Origin: Oscillospiraceae bacterium
Lineage (GTDB): Bacteria > Bacillota > Clostridia > Oscillospirales > CAG-272
NCBI GenBank assembly: GCA_015065105.1
Contig: SVQZ01000006.1
Coordinates: forward strand, 28,274 to 92,273
DNA: 64,000 nt
Reading direction: 5' to 3'
A program made the translations under genes and the position numbers. The notes under the pieces are model-generated. The model saw nothing but the letters and a program-made list of their open reading frames with translations, had not been told where the DNA came from and made no database searches. This document shows, piece after piece, positions 17,440 to 26,654 of the stretch (position 1 is its first letter; every line of letters starts with the position of its first letter).

Positions 17440-18945
17440 TCAGTCCTTGATCATGGACATTCTCTTTCTGGTTACAAGAACAACGCCTGTAGCAAGAACA
17501 GCGAATACACCGATGCAGATGAAGATGATGGTTCCTCTTGCACCTGTTTCGGGGAGCATGGAGCCGGTCTTGTTAACTACGTGTACACCGGAACCGGTGG
17601 AGTAGATACCGTCGTTGAAGATAGAATCGAGATTGCCGTCGGCAATTGTGAACTCCTTGCGGGAGGTGAGCTTGTTGTAACCTGTGGGAGCAATAGTCTC
17701 CTCAAGGTAGTAAATGCCGTTGTCAAAGCCGATAACAGTAACCTTACCGTCCTTAACCTTGATAGCAACGCCCTCCTCGTCTTCTCTTGCGCGGCGGTAG
17801 ATGGGGTTGCCGTCATCATCGAGAACGGGAGTCTGGTCATCAGACTCCATCAAGGGAACTACCTTGATCTCGTTGCCGCCCTCGGCTGAATCGTAGATAC
17901 GGAATTCAGCGCCGTCGATAAGCTTGTTGGTGGAGTCGGTCTTAACGATGTCGATAGAGAAGGTGTAGGTAGTAGTCTTGTCGTATGTGGTGTATTTGTC
18001 TTCACCGTATTCAAGTCTGGACTGGTTGGTGTTGCCTTCCTCGGTGCCTATCTCGGCATAACGGTTGAGCATTGCGTTGTAGTAAACGAGAAGACGGTCG
18101 TTGGGCTTAAGGGAAGCTATGAATTCATCGGAGAAGATGACCTCGAAGTCGCATTCATCGCCGAACTCAGCGGTCTTAACGGTGTAGTCCTGCTCTGCTG
18201 CGAGAACGGTCTCAACACCTGCGCTGTTTACGTGCTTGATCTCTGTAACGCCTCTGCCCTCGTCAAGGTCATGCTCAAAGGTAAGACCCTCGGACATTGA
18301 GTCGTGGAGAACGTAGTTTTCTGCACCGGCAGCAACGTGGATGATAGTCATAAAGTTTACAACCTGACCGATGTCAGCGGTGTTGGTGTCGCCCCACATA
18401 CCTGTAAGGTCTTCCTGAACCTGCTTGTCGATGGTGGGAGTGTGGTTCTTGGCATTGATGGAAGCGTCGGGGTCGGTGGTGGTCAAGCCGCAAAGAGCAC
18501 CTGCGGTAGAGTCAACGAGGTACCAGCCGAGTGCGAGGCCGGAGAATACGCCCTTGGTGTCGGTGACAGCCATATCGCCGTTATCCGAGCTTGCAACGGG
18601 CTTGATGTTATTAGCCTTAGCATAACTAAGAGCCTTCTGTGCGAATTCCGCAACTACTGCATCGGATTCACCGTTGGTCCAGGTTACGTAGCCTGCTTCG
18701 TCAACTGTAAGGTAAGCTTTAGCTTCATCGGTCTCAAAGTAAGCGGTCCAGTCGCTGTTTACCTTGTAGGAGTAAGCGCCGCTGCCCTTGTTGTAGCTTT
18801 CGAGATCCAAAAGCTGATAGATCGCATAGCTGGTATCTGCGCTTATACCGTTGATGGTGATAGAGCCCTCGTTCGCAGCAAAGGATGTTACCGACAAAGA
18901 GAGAACGAATAAAAGGGTGAGTGCGATAGAAACAAACTTTTTCAT
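17440..18945 (-). CDS. LPXTG-anchored major pilin (SpaH/EbpB-like isopeptide-forming fimbrial subunit)
   Basis: 501 aa with a signal peptide. ITINGISADTSYAIYQLLDL-type N-terminus. E-box-like GIYYLEETIAPTGYNKL. LPETGARG sorting signal, then TM and a basic tail. Confidence 0.8.
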   Translation of the reverse strand: MKKFVSIALTLLFVLSLSVTSFAANEGSITINGISADTSYAIYQLLDLESYNKGSGAYSYKVNSDWTAYFETDEAKAYLTVDEAGYVTWTNGESDAVVAEFAQKALSYAKANNIKPVASSDNGDMAVTDTKGVFSGLALGWYLVDSTAGALCGLTTTDPDASINAKNHTPTIDKQVQEDLTGMWGDTNTADIGQVVNFMTIIHVAAGAENYVLHDSMSEGLTFEHDLDEGRGVTEIKHVNSAGVETVLAAEQDYTVKTAEFGDECDFEVIFSDEFIASLKPNDRLLVYYNAMLNRYAEIGTEEGNTNQSRLEYGEDKYTTYDKTTTYTFSIDIVKTDSTNKLIDGAEFRIYDSAEGGNEIKVVPLMESDDQTPVLDDDGNPIYRRAREDEEGVAIKVKDGKVTVIGFDNGIYYLEETIAPTGYNKLTSRKEFTIADGNLDSIFNDGIYSTGSGVHVVNKTGSMLPETGARGTIIFICIGVFAVLATGVVLVTRKRMSMIKD

Positions 18946-19032
18946 GATTTTTACCTCTTTCTTTTAGATTTTTTTGTTTGTTTTCTTTTCTTTGGTTTGA
19001 ACTTTACGTTCACACGTATTCAAGTAAGAGAG

Positions 19033-22000
19033 CTATTCCCGCCTCCTTTCCCGTTTACGCCTGAACGAAAGCATATATATCACAGGGCAAAGCATAATTG
19101 CCGAGCCGCATAAGATATACAGGATTCGTGAGGGGGTACCCGTTGCAGGAAGCATGGGACCGCCTGTGCGGTATGTGTTGGTAATGGTGGAAGAATATAC
19201 GGGGGGTGACGCGCCTGAAGCCGTCATTTCCCCATAGCTTACTATCCACTTATCGCCGTTTATTACCTCTTGCAGGGAATAAACAATGGCGTTACCTTCG
19301 GAATCCTCGTAGGGCAGACCCTTAAAGGACGCTGTCCACGCGTTCTTAAGGGAGAGAGTTACCGTTCTGCCCGTATCCACTCCGTTTGCGTACAAACGGA
19401 CGGTTATCTGCTCTTTTTCGTACACGCTCGTATCCATATCATGGGGTATGGACCAGTTCTTTTTGACGGTGACCGACGTCTCCTTTTCGAGAGGGGTGTT
19501 GGTCACAACAAAGCCCTCGCCCTCTATCGGAATATTGACAGAGGTCGTTTGCTCTGTTTCGGGCATCAGTACAAGAGCGTTTGATACCTGCGTGTTGTTC
19601 TCAAATTTCTGAGAGCCGTTAAGAGCGGATGCCAAATAATAATTATTGTATTTGAGAATAAGTCCTCCCGAGTGCTTGCTGAAATTCAGGTACTGCTTTC
19701 GGTTGTTATCCTCAAGGTGCCGGTTTAATGCAAAGAAGTCGGTGGGACTGCCGTTACCATAATAGAAGGTTATGGTCTGTCCCTCAAGGTTGGTCAGCCT
19801 TACGTTACTGCCGTTGACCGATGCCCTCCAGAGAGCCAAAGACGAGGTCTTTGCGCTTTCCGCGTCCACCCATTTAAAGCCTGTATCCTCGGCATACTGC
19901 AGGGTGGAGAGAGCTTGTCCCTTTGAGTTCTTTAAGATATACACCTTGCCGTTCTCAAAGGTGTCGGCAGAGCGCCATTGGGTTCTCACCACCTCAAACT
20001 GACCGTTTGCCTTTTCGATACTGCTGTAATATCCCGGGGCATAGGATTCTTCAACTCCGTAACGGATCGGAGTAATGCCGTTTTCGGCATACTTGGGAAG
20101 GTTTTCCCACTTTGCCATCCAGCCGTTCTCCTCGTTGAGAACAGCCTCGCGGAGTCTGGTGACCCTGCCCTCGGAGTCTGTAACGGTCAGATATACCGTT
20201 ATATCCTCACCGCTGTGGTCCTTTGTATCATCCCAATGCTTTATTACCTCAACACAGGTAGTATCCTTGACCCATTTCGGTGCATTGGTTGCAACTATAT
20301 AAGCCCTCTGTGTTTGCGTGTCGATACGGAAGCCGTGAACGTTGAAGCCGGGAGAAATACCCGAGCCCTCGTCGAGGATCTCAACCTCATAGCTTGCCGT
20401 ACCCTCCTTGTCGAGGGTTATTTTGATAAGACCGTTGGAGAAGCCGTAATCGGGATTGTCGGGAGGCTTTGTTTCGCGTATGTAATATACGTTACCCGCG
20501 CCCATGCCCCACATATTCGCAACACCGTCTGTAACGGTGAATACGTTTGTGGCAGGATCCTTTTTGTCATGGGATTCTTTTGATGTCCAGAGCTCTGCGG
20601 GCTTGGTACATTCTCTGTCGGTGTAAACAGAGAACTGTGCGCCGTTGAGCACCTCTCTTGTGAGAACGTCCTCCTTCTGAATACTGAAGGAGAATCGGGG
20701 TGCAAGATTGAAGTATATAGCACAGTTTGACATCGAGCTTCCTCTTTCAAGGTAATAGAGGGTAAGAGTATGCTCGCCTGCCTGAACGCTCTGAAGCACA
20801 CGGCTCAGCTCATCGTTTTTTACTCCGTTTATAGTTACCGTACCGGTGGAAAAGTTTATATCACCGGTCTCGCGTCCGTGAAGGCCTCCGAGGTCGAGAA
20901 CGAGCTTGCCGTCAACGAACACCCATACGTCGTCGTCACCGGTGAAGCGGAAGTGCATATCCTCTCCGTATATATCCTTGTTACCGTATTCACCCGAGGC
21001 GGTTCGTCCGCCGGGAGAAAGGGGAAGGTAGAAGTCGATATCAACCACCATGCCGAACCAGAAGTTCGTTCCTATGTTGGCTGTTGAGTTATTGTTATCG
21101 TTGTAACGGCTGTCATACATATAGTGGGCGGTTTGTGTATATTCACCCTCCGTACCCTCATAATTGTAGGTTACGGGGCTTTTGCCGTTAGAGTTGGCAT
21201 AGGGGGAGTTTAAGGGAAGGAAGTCGGAATACTTTCCTGCATCCTCGTTGTTAATAGAGTCTCTTGTGGCTTCAAGATAATCGTAAATGTAGAATCTTTG
21301 ATCGCTTTGATTGTAGGAGGCTGCATTTCTCTCCGAGTTATAATAATAGTATCCGAAATGCTCATGATCGGGATCAAGGCAGAGCTGGAAGAGATGGTCT
21401 GCCTCTCCGAGATAGGTCTTACCCGGTAAGATGACCTCGGGATCAAAAAGCGCATCCCTTATGGCATCGGTATAAAGTCCGGGATATACAGTACCCGCTT
21501 CGGTGGGGTTGTTTATATCGTTATGACCGTTAGGATATGAGATATCCTCATTTCCTCTGTCCCAGTCACGGAATATAAAGTTAAAGGTAGGATCTCCATT
21601 ATAGGGATTGTTTCCGTTGGTGATAAGATTCCATTTTTCCGAGTGAGAGCTTGCGCTGACGGTAACGTCAACCTTTTCGGACAAGAGATTCATCAACGCT
21701 CCGTAGTCGAAGAGACGGGTTGTTACAAAGCTGTCTGTGCTGACGGTGTCGGCAACCTGTGAATTGAATTCGCCGATATCGTAGCTTGCCGCCTTCCAGT
21801 CGGCATAGAATACCATATTGCCGGTCACCGTTACCTTGTCGCCGGGAGCGTAGTACTTGTTGTTCGTGATATCGTACCAGCCCTTGAGCTCGTATTCGTA
21901 CTTAACGGGTGACTTCCAGCTTTCGGGAAGGGTCATGGTGCTGTTTGAATAAACAGTATAGGCGCGGTCATCGGAGCCTCCCAGACTCATTATTCCTCCG

Positions 22001-23364
22001 CAGGTACCGTCAAACCATACGGTACAGGGTGTGCTTCGTGCCACCATAAAGGTTACGTTCTGATTCTGGTCCCTTGTCATAAAGAAGTTTTCAAGGGCAG
22101 GATCAAAGCCTATGTATGCCGAATGGCTCAGCTTCATTCCTCTGCCCGAGGCAGAGACCGAGGTTCCCCATCTTCCCGGAGTCGTTATACCGCAATCGGA
22201 GGAGGAATTGTAGAAGGGATGCAGGTAACGTCCGCTTCCCGCGTTTTGTATTGCTGTGGAATTGTTGTTATACCTTGAGAAGCTCCAATAGAGCATATCG
22301 GGGTCGTCGGTGTCGGCGCATATTCTGCCGTTTGCATCGATATGACCCATTACCGCATTTCCCGCACCGTCAATGATATAAACAGTACCGTTCACAACGG
22401 TGTAGATAACAAAACGGTCGGAGGAGGTAAGCATTGAGCTTTCAAAATTCACGGCGGCAGCCAGAGTATCAAGCTCCCCGGGCTCGCTTATATATACCGC
22501 AAATTCCCCTGTATCGGGGATCGCACCGTAGCCGAGGATCTCCTTTGATGAGAAGGGATAGCTCAGCTCGGCAACGCATCCCTCAACATCACCCTCGATC
22601 ACGTATATCGTATCCTCTGTTACCGAGGTTATTACCGCCGCCTTGTCGGCTGTGCCGGGCGCAGCTTCGTTTTTGCTTAAGAAGAGTATGTCTCCCGCTC
22701 TCGGTGAAAATTCATCGGCGGGTTTGTATATTCCGGCATCCTCCCAGTCGATGCGAAGCGCCTCGGCGCCTGCGTTGTAGGGGATGTCCGTCGCTCCCGC
22801 ATAGTCGAGACAGAACAATGCAAACATAGCGGACCAGTCTCCGTACGGATTACCGTACCATTGTCCGTATCTCGTTATACCTCTGCGTATTCCGTCGTCA
22901 CCTATAACGAAGTTTCTGGTGCTTTCGGTATAGCCTATCTGGGAACGTGCCAAGATCACCGTGTTTTCTGCGGTACTGCCGCCTCTGCCTGCCTCTGCAA
23001 AGCTCATTTCCCAGTCATCGGCTGTTTCAAGGTCGGCATTGAGATCGCTGTAACAGCTTTCGGTATGTATATGCTCCTCTATGGGGCATTCCTTTTCTGT
23101 TATGAAGCATTCACCGGTATGGGTATGGTTTTCGTCCTCGGGTAAGGTGCAGACAAGGGTCTGTATCATGCATTCCTCGGAATGAACGTGCTCCTGCATT
23201 CCGCAGAAGGCCTCGCCTGCCATGGTGATGCCGATCAGCTTCAGATACCAGAACACCGCCATTACAACGATGAAGGAGCAAGCGGCAACGATGCTCCATA
23301 CAGCTCTTTTGCCCTGTCTTGTCAGTTTCGATCTCTGTATATATTCAGTTGGCTGAAATTGCAT
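19033..23364 (-). CDS. giant LPXTG surface adhesin with CHAP-like, fibro-slime/PA14-like and Cna-B-type domains
   Basis: 1443 aa with an N-terminal TM. CHAP-like segment YGQWYGNPYGDWSAMFALFCLDYAG...PRAGDILFL...IYVIEGD. Fibro-slime-type motif FRFTGDDDVWVFVDGKLVLDLGGLHG. C-terminal LPATGTP, then TM and RRKRERRRE. Confidence 0.75.
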   Translation of the reverse strand: MQFQPTEYIQRSKLTRQGKRAVWSIVAACSFIVVMAVFWYLKLIGITMAGEAFCGMQEHVHSEECMIQTLVCTLPEDENHTHTGECFITEKECPIEEHIHTESCYSDLNADLETADDWEMSFAEAGRGGSTAENTVILARSQIGYTESTRNFVIGDDGIRRGITRYGQWYGNPYGDWSAMFALFCLDYAGATDIPYNAGAEALRIDWEDAGIYKPADEFSPRAGDILFLSKNEAAPGTADKAAVITSVTEDTIYVIEGDVEGCVAELSYPFSSKEILGYGAIPDTGEFAVYISEPGELDTLAAAVNFESSMLTSSDRFVIYTVVNGTVYIIDGAGNAVMGHIDANGRICADTDDPDMLYWSFSRYNNNSTAIQNAGSGRYLHPFYNSSSDCGITTPGRWGTSVSASGRGMKLSHSAYIGFDPALENFFMTRDQNQNVTFMVARSTPCTVWFDGTCGGIMSLGGSDDRAYTVYSNSTMTLPESWKSPVKYEYELKGWYDITNNKYYAPGDKVTVTGNMVFYADWKAASYDIGEFNSQVADTVSTDSFVTTRLFDYGALMNLLSEKVDVTVSASSHSEKWNLITNGNNPYNGDPTFNFIFRDWDRGNEDISYPNGHNDINNPTEAGTVYPGLYTDAIRDALFDPEVILPGKTYLGEADHLFQLCLDPDHEHFGYYYYNSERNAASYNQSDQRFYIYDYLEATRDSINNEDAGKYSDFLPLNSPYANSNGKSPVTYNYEGTEGEYTQTAHYMYDSRYNDNNNSTANIGTNFWFGMVVDIDFYLPLSPGGRTASGEYGNKDIYGEDMHFRFTGDDDVWVFVDGKLVLDLGGLHGRETGDINFSTGTVTINGVKNDELSRVLQSVQAGEHTLTLYYLERGSSMSNCAIYFNLAPRFSFSIQKEDVLTREVLNGAQFSVYTDRECTKPAELWTSKESHDKKDPATNVFTVTDGVANMWGMGAGNVYYIRETKPPDNPDYGFSNGLIKITLDKEGTASYEVEILDEGSGISPGFNVHGFRIDTQTQRAYIVATNAPKWVKDTTCVEVIKHWDDTKDHSGEDITVYLTVTDSEGRVTRLREAVLNEENGWMAKWENLPKYAENGITPIRYGVEESYAPGYYSSIEKANGQFEVVRTQWRSADTFENGKVYILKNSKGQALSTLQYAEDTGFKWVDAESAKTSSLALWRASVNGSNVRLTNLEGQTITFYYGNGSPTDFFALNRHLEDNNRKQYLNFSKHSGGLILKYNNYYLASALNGSQKFENNTQVSNALVLMPETEQTTSVNIPIEGEGFVVTNTPLEKETSVTVKKNWSIPHDMDTSVYEKEQITVRLYANGVDTGRTVTLSLKNAWTASFKGLPYEDSEGNAIVYSLQEVINGDKWIVSYGEMTASGASPPVYSSTITNTYRTGGPMLPATGTPSRILYILCGSAIMLCPVIYMLSFRRKRERRRE

Positions 23365-23406
23365 ACTGCCGCTCCCTCCTTTCTTTGTAAACTTTAAACG
23401 GCTATA

Positions 23407-24018
23407 TTATGCCATCCATTTCGCCTCTTTGAGAGGCCAGAGCTTAAACCAGATCCTTCCTACGATCTGATCCTCGGTAATGCATCCTATCATACTGCTT
23501 CGGCTGTCGATCGAGGTCTTTCTTTGGTCTCCCATCATGAAGTATGCGTTTTCGGGGACCTGATACGGAAACTCCGTGTCGCATTCGCCGAATGCCTTTT
23601 CCGAAACGTAGGGTTCGTCGAGAGGCTCGCCGTTCAGGTAAACGGTTCCGTCCTTTTTTATATCGATCCAGTCGCCGGGGCCTGCAATGATCCGTTTTAT
23701 GAGTATCTTGTTTGAATAATAGAAGGCGCAGAGGTCTCCCGTTTCAAACCTTTTCGTTTTGACAAGGAGAACGAGCTCGCCCTCGTTTAAGCTCGGCTCC
23801 ATGCTCGTTCCCGCTATCTGCAGAACGGGAAAAATAAAGGTCGCAATGAGCGCAGCTGCCGCCGCTACAACGATAAGCGCGTTTACCGTACTTCGAAGCA
23901 GCTTTTTGAAGCGCTTTTTATAACGTTCACGCTTCAGCTCGTTTCTCAGGACGTCTATATGAGGAACTCTTTTTTTCTTTTCATTTTCCTTTTGCTCTTT
24001 TGTTTTCATCCGATTCAT
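23407..24018 (-). CDS. signal peptidase I (S26 family), first gene of the pilus locus
   Basis: 203 aa, TM anchor, GTSMEPSL catalytic-Ser box, MMGDQRKTSIDSR box. Confidence 0.85.
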   Translation of the reverse strand: MNRMKTKEQKENEKKKRVPHIDVLRNELKRERYKKRFKKLLRSTVNALIVVAAAAALIATFIFPVLQIAGTSMEPSLNEGELVLLVKTKRFETGDLCAFYYSNKILIKRIIAGPGDWIDIKKDGTVYLNGEPLDEPYVSEKAFGECDTEFPYQVPENAYFMMGDQRKTSIDSRSSMIGCITEDQIVGRIWFKLWPLKEAKWMA

Positions 24019-24069
24019 TATTCTTTCTTTGTTTTTTCTTGTTTTGAAAATCCGTGCATTTTTGTTTTT

Positions 24070-24164
24070 TTAGTTTATAGGAAATTGCTCCGATTCGGGC
24101 ACTGAAGAAAGAAGCTTACGTAAGGTTCACGCCCGATCATCGGTGCGCCCGGCGGCGCTTTTTT
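24070..24164 (+). repeat. single type-A copy of the ~95-bp intergenic repeat
   Basis: TAGTTTATAGGAAATTGCTCCGATTCGGGCACTGAAGAAAGAAGCTTACGTAAGGTTCACGCCCGATCATCGGTGCGCCCGGCGGCGCTTTTTT. Near-identical to the units at 13584-13865. Confidence 0.9.
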
Positions 24165-24481
24165 GGGAATAATATCCAATAGATTTGAGTGATAGGTATA
24201 ATTACCCATTGTAATTTATCTTAAATTATTTATTATATCATATTATATTGCAAAGTTCAATATCTTACGATACATTTTTCATAGTTGTTATGTATCGGAA
24301 AAGGGCGCGTACAAACGGGTCTTTTTTCGGTCTGCAGGATCTGGTTTTGATGGTGAATAACGAAGGATCTACTCATAAAAAATTTGTCGAACGATTTTTA
24401 GGGGGGTACCCTACCGAAACGAAAAATCATATGTTATAATAGTTTCAAAGGGAAAAATTGGAACCAAAAAAGGAGAAGAAA

Positions 24482-25267
24482 ATGGCAGAGAGAAGAATGT
24501 TTTCAAAATCGGTAATAGAAAGCGATATCTTTCTTGATATGCCGTTGACCGCCCAGCTTTTATACTTTCATATTTCCATGAAGGCGGACGACGACGGATT
24601 TATAAACAATATCAAAAGGACCCAGAAGGCAGTAGGATGCAGGAGAAACGACATATTGACACTTGAAAAGAACGGCTTCATTCTGTGCTTTGAAAGCGGT
24701 GTTACCGTTATAAGGCATTGGAGGATCCATAATTACATACAAAAGGACAGACGTAAGGATACCGTCTATCAGAAGGAGCTCTCCCGGCTCGTTCAAAAGG
24801 ACGGTGTATATAATTTTCTTGATGACGGTTTGGATACACAACGTGTACAAAATGCGTACATTTCGGATACACAGGATAGTATAGGTAAGGATAGTATAGG
24901 AGAGGAGAGTATAGGTAAGGAGAGTATAGAGGGTGTTACGGCGCCGAATGGCGGTCTTGCGGCGCCTTGTATGTGTAAAAACGGAAAGGCAAAAAGGTAC
25001 GGTGCTTATGAAAACGTCATTCTGAACGATAAGGAATACGAGACACTGCAAAAGGAATTTCCCCATGATCTTGCCGAGCGTATAGAACTGCTTTCGGAGT
25101 ATATGGCATCTAAGGGCAAAAGCTATAAATCGCATATTGCCACCATAAGGGCATGGGCGCGCAGGGAGAACGGGCAGGTAAGGACAAAGGAAAAAGAGAA
25201 AGAAAAAAACAGCTACGACCGATTTATGGACGAGCTTAAAAAAATGAGAACGGAGGATATAAGCTGA
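24482..25267 (+). CDS. phage-type replisome organizer (DnaD-like N-terminal domain)
   Basis: Start reset to ATG 24482 (AAAGGAGAAG upstream). RRMFSKSVIESDIFLDMPLTAQLLYFHISMKADDDGFI is the conserved N-terminus of phage replisome organizer proteins. Confidence 0.75.
   Translation: MAERRMFSKSVIESDIFLDMPLTAQLLYFHISMKADDDGFINNIKRTQKAVGCRRNDILTLEKNGFILCFESGVTVIRHWRIHNYIQKDRRKDTVYQKELSRLVQKDGVYNFLDDGLDTQRVQNAYISDTQDSIGKDSIGEESIGKESIEGVTAPNGGLAAPCMCKNGKAKRYGAYENVILNDKEYETLQKEFPHDLAERIELLSEYMASKGKSYKSHIATIRAWARRENGQVRTKEKEKEKNSYDRFMDELKKMRTEDIS
24875..24934 (+). repeat. four tandem 15-bp repeats (iteron-like) inside the replisome organizer gene
   Basis: GATAGTATAGGTAAG / GATAGTATAGGAGAG / GAGAGTATAGGTAAG / GAGAGTATAGAGGGT, encoding DSIGKDSIGEESIGKESIEG. 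Confidence 0.8.
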
Positions 25268-25854
25268 TGGCAACAATGAACAAGATAACCGAGGTGTTGG
25301 CGGCAATAAAGACGTTATACCCCTATTACGGTAAGGAAACGGGGGTGGAGCAGACGGTGAGATTATGGCATACGGTGCTTTTCCCCTATGATGACGAAGA
25401 GGTGGAGAAGGCTCTGTATTTATGTCTCCAGAGCTGTAAATATCCCCCTTCGCCCGCCGATATCTCCGAGGCTGTACGGAGCTTTCGCGAAAGCAGTGAG
25501 CCTACACCCGAGGAGCTGTGGAGCGAGTATTCGGAGGCGCTTTTGAAGGCGGCAAGGCTTGTTAGCTGTTTTAATTATACCGCAGTTGACGAAAACGGCC
25601 TTACCCAGGGGCAGAATGCAAGGAATAAATGCAACGAGATATTCGAGTCTCTGAGTCCCGACGTGAAAAGATATATCGGGAGCTACGGCGAATTTGTAAG
25701 ACGGGGTCTGGAGAACTTTTACGGTGAGTCTTCAAAACACGAAAGGGAGAGATTTGTACGCAGAATGAGTCAGCTTAAGGAGTCGGCACTATACCGTGAC
25801 AGAGATATGCTTTCGTATCGAAATTCCGCCGAAAGTCTCGGATATTATGACTGA
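25267..25854 (+). CDS. putative replicative helicase loader/inhibitor (phage G40P-loader-like)
   Basis: 195 aa, start overlaps the preceding stop (ATGA-type coupling). The N-terminus LAAIKTLYPYYGKE...LWHTVLFPYDDEEVEKAL resembles the G39P-like loader family, from memory. Confidence 0.5.
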   Translation: MATMNKITEVLAAIKTLYPYYGKETGVEQTVRLWHTVLFPYDDEEVEKALYLCLQSCKYPPSPADISEAVRSFRESSEPTPEELWSEYSEALLKAARLVSCFNYTAVDENGLTQGQNARNKCNEIFESLSPDVKRYIGSYGEFVRRGLENFYGESSKHERERFVRRMSQLKESALYRDRDMLSYRNSAESLGYYD

Positions 25855-25917
25855 TGCTCTTGATTTGAAGGTGAAGATATGCTATAATAGAAAAAATATT
25901 ATTATACGGAGACGAAA

Positions 25918-26652
25918 ATGGACGGATTTTTAGAGATACTCGACGTAATAGATTCAACAGCAAGTGCCATGGGCGGTGCCTCAAGCTTTTTCTACGGAAT
26001 TTCCGCAATGCTTACGGCAATAACCTCGTTTCTCGGCTTTATTATATCCGGTGTGGGACTTGTACTGCTTTTTATTGCCTCTGTTTTAACACTTGTCGTT
26101 ATCGTTGTTTTCTATTTTTTCAGAGCTATTCCCACCTATAAGTTTGCCAAAAAGCATGGACTTGGCTGTGCGCTTCTTGCCTTTGTTCCTGTTTTCGGCG
26201 AATACTGTCGTATGTTTATCCTCTGGAAATGCGGCGGCAGGGAGGAATTTACGGTATTTAATAAAAAGCTTAACATAAAGCAGGGTCTTTACGTCTTCTT
26301 CGGCTTTACGTTAATTGACCTTTTCGGATTTTTTATCATTGGCTTTATCGTCGGCTTCCTCAACATTTTGCCCGGCTTAGGCCAGCTTCTGTCCCTTGTG
26401 TCGAATCTGCTTTACATAGTCCCGGCGGCGGTTACCGGCATCGTGAAATTCGTTTATTTAAGAGATCTTTTGGGTATTTACAAGCCCGATGAAAAGGCTA
26501 ATATTACCTGCGCTATAGTTTTGTCTGTCCTTGACAGTATATGCTTCGGACTTGTTATCCCCGGATATTTATTTACTCTTTTGAAAAAAGAACCCTTGAC
26601 AAAAAGGGCGGGCGAGGAGTTTATATACGTTGACCAAAGCAGTGAGATGTAA
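25918..26652 (+). CDS. hypothetical polytopic membrane protein
   Basis: 244 aa with at least 5 hydrophobic helices. No motif recognised. Confidence 0.5.
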   Translation: MDGFLEILDVIDSTASAMGGASSFFYGISAMLTAITSFLGFIISGVGLVLLFIASVLTLVVIVVFYFFRAIPTYKFAKKHGLGCALLAFVPVFGEYCRMFILWKCGGREEFTVFNKKLNIKQGLYVFFGFTLIDLFGFFIIGFIVGFLNILPGLGQLLSLVSNLLYIVPAAVTGIVKFVYLRDLLGIYKPDEKANITCAIVLSVLDSICFGLVIPGYLFTLLKKEPLTKRAGEEFIYVDQSSEM

Positions 26653-26654
26653 AT

